Source: an uncultured Verrucomicrobiota bacterium (GTDB taxonomy: Bacteria; Verrucomicrobiota; Verrucomicrobiia; Opitutales; Opitutaceae). From it: a stretch of 64,000 nucleotides of DNA. The notes under the pieces are model-generated. The model was not told where the DNA came from. It was given only the letters and a program-made list of their open reading frames with translations, and ran no database searches. This document shows, piece after piece, positions 48,197 through 56,873 of this stretch. The DNA lies in contig CAIUGM010000002.1 of NCBI GenBank assembly GCA_903898675.1, forward strand, positions 147,478-211,477, written 5' to 3'. Position 1 is the stretch's first letter. The number at the start of each line of letters is the position of its first letter. Both the position numbers and the translations under genes were made by a program.

Positions 48197-50050
48197 TCAG
48201 CGGTGCAGTGCCGTGACCTGGCGCGCGAGCGCCACCACGGTCTCATCGTCGAGGTACTCGTGTCCCGCCATGGCGGAGCCCGGCAGGCCGAACTTGATGA
48301 TCCGCGCCGCCGCGACCAGCGGCGCGGGTTCATCGGCGCGGAGGTGCCGCCACTCCTTGAGTGCGAAATCCGGCGGCTTGACGGTCAGCTTCGCCGCGAG
48401 CGGACCGTCGCCCCGGCCCGTGGGGCCGTGGCACGACGCGCAGAGTTGCACGAACAGCCCGCGGGTTTTCGTTTCGTCGAAATTGGCCTGCAGGGCCGCC
48501 CCGGTCGGCGTCCACGCGGCGGCCAGCTCCAGCCGCGCCGGCAAGGTTCCGGCCCCGAGGCTCGCGAGGTAGGCCACCAGGGCGTCGCCCCGTTCGTCGC
48601 CCGGGGCGAACAAGTGGGCGTAGCCCGGCATCCGTGACCCCGGCGACACGCTACCCGGCGCGATCAGGTGCAGCCGCTGCCACTCGGGCGTGCGGCGGTT
48701 GCCGACGTTGGTCAGATCCGGTCCCTGCCGGCGCAGGCCGAGGAGCGGCGGGTTCTCCGCGAGACTTTCCGCCAGCGCTCGCGCCGGTCCCCACCAGAGG
48801 ATTTCCTGCGTCACGCCGGGCCGGAGAAACTGGGAGTGGCAGTTGATGCAGCCCTCGGCGACGTAGACCTCGCGGCCCTGCGCGACGAGCGCCTCATCCG
48901 CCCGGGCGGCGCGCGGTGAAAACCACAGCGCGGTCAAAAAGATGAGCACGACCGGCGTGGCCCGGTGCAGCCGGCGCCGGCGTACGAGCAGCGCCGCGCC
49001 GACCACGGCGCCGGCCAGACCGCTAAACGAAAGGGGAATCACGTGCAGATCCTGTACCATCCCGATGCCGAGCGCGGAGCCGGCCCAGCCGGCCACGGCG
49101 AAGAGTCCGGCCGCCACCCAGGGCCGCGCGCCGAAGGCCGGATAATAAACCAGCGCCACCGAGTAGGCCGAGACGCCCAGGGTGTAGCACACCCGCGCAC
49201 CGGCGAACGTCCCGCCGGCCCGCAGCAGCAGATCCGCCCCGACGAGGAAAACCACCGCCAGCAACGCCGTGACGCCCAGCCGCCGCGCATCGAGCGCCCA
49301 GCCCGCGAGCAGGGCGCCCAGCAGGTGCGTGAACGCGTTGCCGAACAGCGTCCACCCACCGCTCCAGGTCTGCTCCCGCAGTTCGGGCGTGTGTTGCAGG
49401 ATGTAGAAACCCGCCGAGTCGAGCCACACGAGCGCGAGAAAAATGACGCCCCAGCTGAACCAGCCGCGCGGGGTGTGATCCGGTTCGTTCGCCGCGACCA
49501 GTGCGCCGGGCTGCATCAGGCCGGCGGCGAGCGCCCCGCCGGCGGCCAGGACCAGGGCGATCACCGTCTGAACCTGTGGCGGGGCCGCGAAGACCAGGGG
49601 AATATTGCAGGCCGCATAGGCCAGCCCGGTGCCCAGGCCGCAGCAAAGTCCCAGCCGTCGTCCACCGACAGTCGCGCGCAGGCCCGACGACAGGACCACG
49701 GTCGTCCAACCGAGGCTCAGCCCGACCACCGCGCCCGCGAGCCAGAGTCCCGTCTGGCCCGCCCCGAGGGCGAGCGCGGCGCCCAGGGCGCAGCCGACGA
49801 ATCCCCCCGCCAGCGCGCCGCGGAACCGGCGCAGCGTGAAACCCTGCGCGGCCAGCAGGCTGCCGATCACCCCGCCCGCGCCCAGTACGGCGAGCAGGGG
49901 CCGCAGCGCCAGTTCGCCGCCGAACAGCGGCTTCGCGAGTTCGAGGAACGCGAACTCGGCGAAAAGAAGAAAATAACCGTAAGTGGCCACGATGGCCGCA
50001 ACCGCCGCTGCCATCGAACCGGGGGGCACGGAATTTCCGCCGGTCTTCAT
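48197..50050 (-). CDS. multi-TM protein fused to a CcoO/FixO-like heme c domain and a second cytochrome c
   Basis: ~12 hydrophobic segments; then 'GREVYVAEGCINCHSQ..R...GPDLTNVG...HL.AP..VSPGSRMP'; then 'CASCHG...GLPGSAM'. Confidence 0.8.
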   Translation of the reverse strand: MKTGGNSVPPGSMAAAVAAIVATYGYFLLFAEFAFLELAKPLFGGELALRPLLAVLGAGGVIGSLLAAQGFTLRRFRGALAGGFVGCALGAALALGAGQTGLWLAGAVVGLSLGWTTVVLSSGLRATVGGRRLGLCCGLGTGLAYAACNIPLVFAAPPQVQTVIALVLAAGGALAAGLMQPGALVAANEPDHTPRGWFSWGVIFLALVWLDSAGFYILQHTPELREQTWSGGWTLFGNAFTHLLGALLAGWALDARRLGVTALLAVVFLVGADLLLRAGGTFAGARVCYTLGVSAYSVALVYYPAFGARPWVAAGLFAVAGWAGSALGIGMVQDLHVIPLSFSGLAGAVVGAALLVRRRRLHRATPVVLIFLTALWFSPRAARADEALVAQGREVYVAEGCINCHSQFLRPGVTQEILWWGPARALAESLAENPPLLGLRRQGPDLTNVGNRRTPEWQRLHLIAPGSVSPGSRMPGYAHLFAPGDERGDALVAYLASLGAGTLPARLELAAAWTPTGAALQANFDETKTRGLFVQLCASCHGPTGRGDGPLAAKLTVKPPDFALKEWRHLRADEPAPLVAAARIIKFGLPGSAMAGHEYLDDETVVALARQVTALHR

Positions 50051-51300
50051 GGCGCGGTCCCCTCCCTCGCCGCATCCCGCCACCACCACACCGACGCGAC
50101 GAGCATCGCGGCACCGGCCAGCAGGCGGACACCGTAGACCGCCTGCGTCCACGGTGCTGAGAAAAACAAATCGGCCTCGTGCCCGGCCTCGTGCCAGCCC
50201 AGCCCGAGCAGCACCGCCACGTGCACGGCACACGCGACCTGCCACAGCCAGAAGCCGCGCCGGCCGTTCAGTGCGCGCAGTTCGATGAGCACCGCCAGGT
50301 TCGCGCTGGTGACGAGCCCGGCCATCGCCAGATGGGCGTGCCCGACCATGCCGTTGGTGAATTTCATCCGCTCGGAGACCCCGGGCAAAAACGTCCAGAG
50401 GCCCGAGCCCACCAGGGCGGACCACCAGACAAACGCCGCGCCCCACCACCGCCGGGCCGCCGGCACGCCGGGACCGCCGCGAAAATAAAACCACGCGAGC
50501 GGCAACCAGCCGAGCAGGGTGGCCAGGCCCAGGACCTGCGCCGGCTCATGATGCGAGGCGTGGCCGTGTTCGATGCCGGCGCAGACCGCCGCGGAGAAAA
50601 CAAAATAACCCCAGTACCAGCCGCGCCGCGCCGGTCGCCCGAGGCCCAGCACCTCGGCGAGGAATCCGTAGATCGCCACGATACCGAGCGTCGACGCCAG
50701 CAGCCGCGCGCCGGTGGCGCCACCGCTGTCGGGATTCACGCTTGGATAGAATTCGCGGCCGGCTGACAGGTAGAGCGCACCCGGCACGACCAGCAGCGCG
50801 AGGAGGGCCAGGATTCTTCCGGTCCGGCCGCCGCGGCCAAGCTCGTCACGCCGCCACCAGGCGTGGGCGGCGAGCAAGGTCCAAAGCAGCCCCATCGCCG
50901 CCGGCAGCAGCGGCCGGGCCCAGCCGTGCCATTCGAGAAACAGCTTGCCGCTCGTCACGCCGGCCAGCCACGCCAGCCCGCCGAGCGCGAGCGCGAGCGA
51001 CCACGCGGCCAGCGCAACTCGCGCGTGCGTGACCGCGTGCGGATGACGCAGGTCGAGGCACCACGCCAGCAGCGCGCCGACCAGCGGCAGCGCACACCAG
51101 CCGTACAGTTGCCAGTCGAGATGCAGCGGCAGCCAGCGCCCGTAGGTCAGGGGCGCCAGCGGCTCGTTCCAGCCCGGCCAGAGGAGCAGCGCCGCGAGGA
51201 GCAGGCCGATCATGTTGGCGGCGACGAGCCAGCCCAGCGCATGTCGCGCCATCGTGCGTGCGACTTGCGTCCGCCCCGGGGTGGATCGTCCGGGGTTCAC
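50047..51300 (-). CDS. divergent CcoN/FixN-like (heme-copper oxidase subunit I fold) membrane protein
   Basis: 'TYGRWLPLH', 'TSGKLFLEW', 'VGHAHLA'; start GTG 51300 (GTGA overlap) or ATG 51252. Confidence 0.75.
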   Translation of the reverse strand: MNPGRSTPGRTQVARTMARHALGWLVAANMIGLLLAALLLWPGWNEPLAPLTYGRWLPLHLDWQLYGWCALPLVGALLAWCLDLRHPHAVTHARVALAAWSLALALGGLAWLAGVTSGKLFLEWHGWARPLLPAAMGLLWTLLAAHAWWRRDELGRGGRTGRILALLALLVVPGALYLSAGREFYPSVNPDSGGATGARLLASTLGIVAIYGFLAEVLGLGRPARRGWYWGYFVFSAAVCAGIEHGHASHHEPAQVLGLATLLGWLPLAWFYFRGGPGVPAARRWWGAAFVWWSALVGSGLWTFLPGVSERMKFTNGMVGHAHLAMAGLVTSANLAVLIELRALNGRRGFWLWQVACAVHVAVLLGLGWHEAGHEADLFFSAPWTQAVYGVRLLAGAAMLVASVWWWRDAAREGTAP

Positions 51301-51974
51301 GTCTCGGAAATCTTCCCGTCCCGCACCCGCAGGCGCCGGTCGCAGGCCTCGGCGAACCGCCGCTCGTGCGTCGCCAGCACGACCGCGATGCCGTGGCGGG
51401 CCGCCAGTTCCTTGAGCAGGCTGAATACGAGGTCGCCTGTGGTTTCATCAAGCGAGCCGGTCGGCTCGTCGGCCAGCAGCAGGCGCGGCGAATTCATCAG
51501 TGCCCGGCAAATCGCGACGCGCTGCCGTTCGCCGCCGGACAGGTCCTGGATGCGGTGCGTGAGCCGGTGGCCGATCCCGACTTGCTCCGCCAGCTCGCGC
51601 AGTCTGCGGTCGGTCGCCGCGGCCGGCTGGTTCACGGCGAGCGCGGGTACGCGCAGGTTCTCCGCCACGGTCAGGTCGGGGATGAGGTTGTGGAGCTGAA
51701 AAACAAACCCGAGGTGCCGGCGGCGGAGTTCGAGCCGGTCCGATTCGATCACCGGGTTGCGTCCGCAGACCTGCAGCGTCCCCCGGTCCGGCGCGTCGAG
51801 TCCGCCCAGCAGGTGGAGCAGCGTGCTCTTGCCCGAGCCGGACGCGCCCCACAACGCGACCACCTCGCCGGCGTGGACGTCGAGCGAGACGCCCTGCAGC
51901 ACCGGCACGCGGCCGCCGTCGTAGGCCTTCCACAGGTCGCGGGCCGTCACGAGGATTTCCCGGGCGTCACTCAT
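51297..51974 (-). CDS. ABC transporter ATPase (LolD/MacB-type)
   Basis: 'GASGSGKST', 'GFVFQLHNL', 'LSGGERQRVAI', 'LADEPTGSLD', 'ATH'. Confidence 0.93.
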   Translation of the reverse strand: MSDAREILVTARDLWKAYDGGRVPVLQGVSLDVHAGEVVALWGASGSGKSTLLHLLGGLDAPDRGTLQVCGRNPVIESDRLELRRRHLGFVFQLHNLIPDLTVAENLRVPALAVNQPAAATDRRLRELAEQVGIGHRLTHRIQDLSGGERQRVAICRALMNSPRLLLADEPTGSLDETTGDLVFSLLKELAARHGIAVVLATHERRFAEACDRRLRVRDGKISET

Positions 51975-53079
51975 AGCGCAGGGCCTCCGCCGGTTGAACC
52001 CGGGACGCAAACCAGGCCGGATAAATCGCGCCGGCCACGGCGGTCACCAGGGCGGTGACGACGATCCCCGCGACGACCAGGGGGCGCACATCCGCCTGCA
52101 CATAGCCCTGGAACTGCGGGACGTGCGGAAGGACAGCGAGCACCGCCGCCCCGAGGGCGAAACCCACCGCGAGCCCGCCGAGGGCCACCGCCACGGCCTC
52201 GCCGAGAATCAGCGCCGCGACCTGCCGCTCGGAAAAGCCGCAGACGCGGAGCACGGCGATCTCGCGGATGCGGCTGAACACCGAGAGCAGCATGGTGTTG
52301 GCGACCCCGAGCCCGCCGAGGAGAAACGCGCACAGGCCCACGGCCCAGGCGGTCATCTTCAGGATGCGGAACGACTGGTAGCTCTGGTTGAATTCCCGGT
52401 TCTCGAGCGCGATCAGGCCGGGGTGGGCCGCCTCGACCGCGCGCCTGAATTCCGCGCCCGCCGCCTGGTCACGGAGTTTCACCGCCAGCACCGAGCAGAC
52501 GCCGGGGCGGTGGAAAAATTCCTGCGCCGCCGCCAGCGGCAGGAAAACCCCGCCGTCCTCGAAACCGTTTTCCAGCTTCAGCACGCCCGCCACGCGCAGC
52601 GTGACCGGCCCGATGGGCAGCCGGTCGCCCGGCTTGGCGTGCAGGAACTCCGCCGCCCGGGCGCCGAGGAAAATCTCGCCGGGGTTCCGGCCGAAATCCG
52701 CGCGGGCCCCGGCGCGCCATTCCGCCTGCGCCAGCCGCGGGTCGTCGGCCTCGACGCCGAAGCAGGTGATGACCGGGTAGCCGGGGGAGGAGACAATGCC
52801 GAAGAGCAGCGGATGCGCGGCGGCTACCTGCGGCAGCGCGCGGATCGCGGCGCTGTCCTCCTCGCGCACGGCGCTGAAGAACAGGTCCGAGACATTTTTC
52901 TCCAGCACGAGGTAGTGGCTGTCGGTGGAGAGGATGTGCTCGAACATCCCGATGGCGCCGTTGACGATGCCGAGGATCGTGAGCATCGCGGCCACGCCGA
53001 ACCCGATCCCGGCGACGCCGATGAGCGCGCGCAGCCGGTGGCGGCGCAGGTTGACGGGGATCAGCGACAGGAAGCGCAT
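51967..53079 (-). CDS. ABC transporter permease (MacB/FtsX-type)
   Basis: TM1, periplasmic domain, 'NTMLLSVFSRIREIAVLRVCG', 'YPAWFASRVQPAEALRYE'. Confidence 0.92.
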   Translation of the reverse strand: MRFLSLIPVNLRRHRLRALIGVAGIGFGVAAMLTILGIVNGAIGMFEHILSTDSHYLVLEKNVSDLFFSAVREEDSAAIRALPQVAAAHPLLFGIVSSPGYPVITCFGVEADDPRLAQAEWRAGARADFGRNPGEIFLGARAAEFLHAKPGDRLPIGPVTLRVAGVLKLENGFEDGGVFLPLAAAQEFFHRPGVCSVLAVKLRDQAAGAEFRRAVEAAHPGLIALENREFNQSYQSFRILKMTAWAVGLCAFLLGGLGVANTMLLSVFSRIREIAVLRVCGFSERQVAALILGEAVAVALGGLAVGFALGAAVLAVLPHVPQFQGYVQADVRPLVVAGIVVTALVTAVAGAIYPAWFASRVQPAEALRYE

Positions 53080-53345
53080 GTCAGGCCGCACTCAGCGGGG
53101 GAGTGCCGGGGGGTTGGGCCGGGAACAAGCGATGGCTGAACATGCGAAGGCAAAGGGTTGGTCTTTAGTGGTGGTCAAACAAGCGCAAAGGGCAAATCAG
53201 CCGTCCTGCCCGGATCGGACGCTGGGACTGAAGCGCCGGCCGGTTTGTTCCCGCCGGTCCCGCGCTATTGCCGGCCAGCATCGCATTCAGCCCGCGACCC
53301 ATACTTCGGCTTGAGTCGTCGTGTCGGCGAACCCACCCTGCTCGG

Positions 53346-54401
53346 GTGAACATACCCCGTTGCGTGAGTGGTGGCCTGGCTTGGTTGGCGGTAATGGCAG
53401 CGAGCGTGTCCGGGGCGGACGCGCCCAGGCTCTGCACGCCGGGAGCCTCGGCTGAGGCGGTCGGGCTGTATCAGTTTCTGCAGGATGTTTCCGGCAAGCA
53501 CACCCTGACCGGCCAGCATTCGGTGCCGTTGCTCGGCTCCACGCGGCTGCCGGGCGCGTACAAGGCGACCGGGCGCTATCCCGCCGTCTTCAGCCAGGAC
53601 TTCGGTTTCAGCGAACCCGGCACCTGGGACGGCATCAACTTCCGGCAGCAAATCGTCGACGAGGCGATCCGGCGGCACGAGGAAGGTTTCGTGATCAACC
53701 TGATGTGGCACGCCGTGCGGCCGGTCGACGACGAACCGGTCGACTTCAAGCAATCCATCCAGGGCAAGCTCACCGACGAGCAGTGGGCGCAGCTCCTCAC
53801 GCCCGGCTCGGCGCTCAACGAGCGCTGGAAGTCGCAAGTGGACGTCATCGCATTTTTCCTGCGCCAGCTCCGCGACGCCCGCGTGCCGGTGTTGTGGCGG
53901 CCGTACCACGAGATGAACGGCGACTGGTTCTGGTGGGGCGGCCGGCCCGGTGACGCCGGCTACCGGAAGCTTTACCGGATGCTCTACGACCGTTTGGTGA
54001 ACTTTCACCACCTGGACAACCTGATCTGGGTTTTCGGGGGCAACGAGGTGCGCGAGAAGGTCGGGCCGTACGCGGATTATTTTCCCGGCCAGGACGAGGT
54101 CGATGTGCTGGCGACGGACGTGTATTCGTCCAACTTCGCGGGCCACGATTACGACGACCTGCTGGCGCTCGCGGGCGGCAAGCCGATCGCGTTGGCCGAG
54201 GTCGGTCCGCTGCCGACCGTCGAGGTGCTGCAGCGCCAGCCCCGCTGGGCGTGGTTCACCGTCTGGGGCGAGATGGGCGGGATGCGGACGGACCGCGCCG
54301 CGATGATGAAGCTGCTCGGGAGCGACACGGTCATGACCTGGGAAAGACTGCCCTGGGTGAAGGTCACCAAGCCCACGGTGCATTACCCGGTGATCAAGTG
54401 A
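53346..54401 (+). CDS. secreted GH26 beta-mannanase
   Basis: 'WRPYHEMNGDWFWWG', 'ATDVY', 'LAEVG'; start uncertain (GTG 53346). Confidence 0.9.
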   Translation: MNIPRCVSGGLAWLAVMAASVSGADAPRLCTPGASAEAVGLYQFLQDVSGKHTLTGQHSVPLLGSTRLPGAYKATGRYPAVFSQDFGFSEPGTWDGINFRQQIVDEAIRRHEEGFVINLMWHAVRPVDDEPVDFKQSIQGKLTDEQWAQLLTPGSALNERWKSQVDVIAFFLRQLRDARVPVLWRPYHEMNGDWFWWGGRPGDAGYRKLYRMLYDRLVNFHHLDNLIWVFGGNEVREKVGPYADYFPGQDEVDVLATDVYSSNFAGHDYDDLLALAGGKPIALAEVGPLPTVEVLQRQPRWAWFTVWGEMGGMRTDRAAMMKLLGSDTVMTWERLPWVKVTKPTVHYPVIK

Positions 54402-54421
54402 GCGGCCTGGATAAAATTGAG

Positions 54422-54509
54422 TGTCATCCTGAGCCGGGCGAAGGATCCACGGCCTCGAACATGATATCATCCTTGCGCACTTGGATCCTTCACAGCGTTC
54501 AGGATGACA
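54422..54509. repeat. inverted REP doublet TGTCATCCTGA...GAAGGATCC (REPIN-like, 88 bp)
   Basis: tgtcatcctgagccgggcgaaggatcc (54422-54448) vs ggatccttcacagcgttcaggatgaca (54483-54509). Confidence 0.75.
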
Positions 54510-54523
54510 GCTTTCCAGTATTT

Positions 54524-54550
54524 ATCCGTGTCCATCCGTGTAATCCGTGG
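54524..54550. repeat. ATCCGTG x3 short tandem repeat
   Basis: atccgtg at 54524, 54534 and 54543. Confidence 0.55.
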
Positions 54551-54570
54551 TTAACTAACCGGGCTCTCTC

Positions 54571-55668
54571 ATGAAAAATACCCTCCTCCCTGTTCTCTTT
54601 CTTGCCCTCGCCGGGTTGCTCTCCGCGGCGGAGACGACCGCGCCGTCCGCCGCCAAGCGCTGGTGGCAGGAAGGCGACGGCTCCGAACGCCACCAAGGGG
54701 AAAATCCCAAGGCCAAGGCGCTGCCGCTGATTGCCGTGAAGGGCAACCGCTTCGTCAACCCGGCCGGCGAGCCGATGTTGTTTCGCGGCATGTCTGTCGC
54801 CGACCCGGACAAGCTGGCGGGGCAGGGGCGTTGGAATCGCGAGCTCTTCGTCGCCGTGAAGGCCATGGGTGCGAACCTCGTGCGGCTGCCGGTGCATCCG
54901 GTCGCGTGGCGCGAGCGCACGCCTGCCGCGTACCTGGCGCTGCTCGACCAGGCGGTGGACTGGTGCACCGACCTCGGCATCTATGTGATCATCGACTGGC
55001 ATTCCATCGGCAACCTGAAGGCCGGGATGTTCCAGGCGCCGATGTATGAGACGTCAGTCCCCGAGACGATGGCTTTCTGGCGGACGATCGCGCAGCACTA
55101 CCGCGGCCACCACACCGTGGCGTTCTACGAGCTCTTCAACGAACCGGCCCATTACAGCGGCATGCTCGGCACGATGAGCTGGACCGAGTGGCGGCAGCTG
55201 AACGAGGAGATGATCGGCGTCATCCGCTTCTGGGACAAGGAGCGCATCCCGCTCGTGGCCGGTTTCGACTGGGCCTACGACCTGAACTACCTGCACTACG
55301 AGCCGGTCCGCGCCGAGGGCATCGGCTACGTGACGCACCCCTACGCCAACAAGCGCGGGCAGCCCTGGGAGCCGCGCTGGGAGGAGAATTTCGCGTTCGC
55401 GGCGGAGCACTACCCGATCATCGCGACCGAGATCGGCTTTGAGTCCAAGCCCGGCGAGGCGATCGATGACAACCATTACGGCAACCGGATCACGCGTTTC
55501 CTCGAGCAGCGCGGCATCAGCTGGATGGCCTGGGTGTTCGATGCCGACTGGTGGCCGAAAATGATCGAGAGCGTCGACGGCTACAAGCTGACGCCCCCCG
55601 GCGAGTTCTTCAAACAGGCGATGCACCGGCCCCCGGCGGTGAGGGAGCAGCTGAAGGCGGAGAAGTAA
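54571..55668 (+). CDS. secreted GH5 glycoside hydrolase
   Basis: 'VRLPVHP', 'IDWH', 'ELFNEP', 'ATEIG'. Confidence 0.9.
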   Translation: MKNTLLPVLFLALAGLLSAAETTAPSAAKRWWQEGDGSERHQGENPKAKALPLIAVKGNRFVNPAGEPMLFRGMSVADPDKLAGQGRWNRELFVAVKAMGANLVRLPVHPVAWRERTPAAYLALLDQAVDWCTDLGIYVIIDWHSIGNLKAGMFQAPMYETSVPETMAFWRTIAQHYRGHHTVAFYELFNEPAHYSGMLGTMSWTEWRQLNEEMIGVIRFWDKERIPLVAGFDWAYDLNYLHYEPVRAEGIGYVTHPYANKRGQPWEPRWEENFAFAAEHYPIIATEIGFESKPGEAIDDNHYGNRITRFLEQRGISWMAWVFDADWWPKMIESVDGYKLTPPGEFFKQAMHRPPAVREQLKAEK

Positions 55669-55771
55669 GGGCGGGGTGTGTTCCTACGCAGTTTCAGTTT
55701 CCGACTGCGCTCATGCCTTCGCCCGTATCTTTGTCGTTGAGACCGCCGCCTGCTTGGCCTCCCTTGGTGGC

Positions 55772-56854
55772 ATGAAGCAAAAGCTTACCCCCGTTGTGCT
55801 GGCTTTGCTGAGTGCGGTTGCGTCGACCGCGGCGGCCGGCTCTACTCCCCTCATGTCCGCGAACGATTCACCTGTTACTTTCGAAGGCCGGCATGCCACC
55901 GACGCATCCGGTGCCGTTCGCCTCGGGTTTCCCGGGGTGACGGCGCATCTTCGTTTTCGCGGGACGACGCTGACCATGCGCGCAGAGGCCTCCGCGGCCG
56001 ACCTTTACTTCGATGTCAGCATCGACCGGGCCGCGCCCACCCAGGTGCGCCTCCACCAAGGCGGCGGCGAATACGTCATCTACCGGAGCGACAGCGCCGC
56101 GGAGCACACGGTCTCCGTCCTGCGCTGCAATGAGAGCTGGCAGGGCACCTGCACGATCCTCGGCTTTGCCACCGATCCGGCCGGCACGTTGCTGCCGGCG
56201 CCGCCGTTGCCGGCCCGCAAGCTGATGTTCATCGGCGACTCGGTGACCTGCGGCGAGATGACCGCCTATGCTGCGGGCCGTGACATGAACGACAAGATCA
56301 ACTGCAACGCCCGTCTCTCCTACGGCATGACGCTCGCCCGCCGGCTGGGTGCGCAATGCCACCTGGTGAGCTACGGGGGCCGCGGGATCATCCGCGACTG
56401 GCAGGGGATCCGCGACACGGGCAATGCGCCGCAATTCTATGAGCTGGCTCTGCCGGACGATCCGGCCGTGCGCTGGGACCCCGCGCGTTACGTGCCCGAC
56501 GCGATCGGAATCCAGCTGGGGACAAACGATTTTAACCAGGGCGTGCCCGACCAGAATGAGTTCGTGAACGCCTACGTGCAGTTCATCCAGAAGGTCCGGC
56601 GCGATGCACCGGGCGCTTTGATCTTCATCATGGATTCGCCGATCGTGGACAACGATGCTGCCAAGGGTCCGCGCCGCACCATCCTGCATTTCTACCTCGA
56701 GCAGATCGTGGCCCGGGTGCGGGATCCCAAGGTCGTGCTCGCCCCGCTCCCGCGTTATCCCGGCGTCCCGGGCAACGGCCACCCGACCGGCGCGGAACAC
56801 GTGGCGATGGCGGACGAACTGGAGCCGCTGCTGCGCAAGGCGCTGGGGTGGTGA
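55772..56854 (+). CDS. secreted SGNH/GDSL esterase (CE2-like)
   Basis: 'FIGDSVTCG', 'LGTND', 'GHP'; N-terminal beta domain. Confidence 0.87.
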   Translation: MKQKLTPVVLALLSAVASTAAAGSTPLMSANDSPVTFEGRHATDASGAVRLGFPGVTAHLRFRGTTLTMRAEASAADLYFDVSIDRAAPTQVRLHQGGGEYVIYRSDSAAEHTVSVLRCNESWQGTCTILGFATDPAGTLLPAPPLPARKLMFIGDSVTCGEMTAYAAGRDMNDKINCNARLSYGMTLARRLGAQCHLVSYGGRGIIRDWQGIRDTGNAPQFYELALPDDPAVRWDPARYVPDAIGIQLGTNDFNQGVPDQNEFVNAYVQFIQKVRRDAPGALIFIMDSPIVDNDAAKGPRRTILHFYLEQIVARVRDPKVVLAPLPRYPGVPGNGHPTGAEHVAMADELEPLLRKALGW

Positions 56855-56873
56855 GGGCGGTGCCGAACGTGCG

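Noticed and set aside
48197-51300. Canonical cbb3 terminal oxidase (ccoNO)
   Set aside because: Helix-VI WWYGHN motif missing, no ccoP/Q/GHIS, and CcoO domain fused to a large TM domain; gene symbols withheld.
53160-53180. FNR/Anr box upstream of the ABC-cbb3-like operon (minus strand TTGAC-CACC-ACTAA)
   Set aside because: Only 7/10 match to TTGAT-N4-ATCAA; too weak to call.
53268-53345. Extended N-termini given by the ORF track for several genes (also 5846, 15026, 26822, 33061, 37028, 55676)
   Set aside because: Downstream starts give proper signal peptides or family-typical N-termini; the extensions look non-coding.
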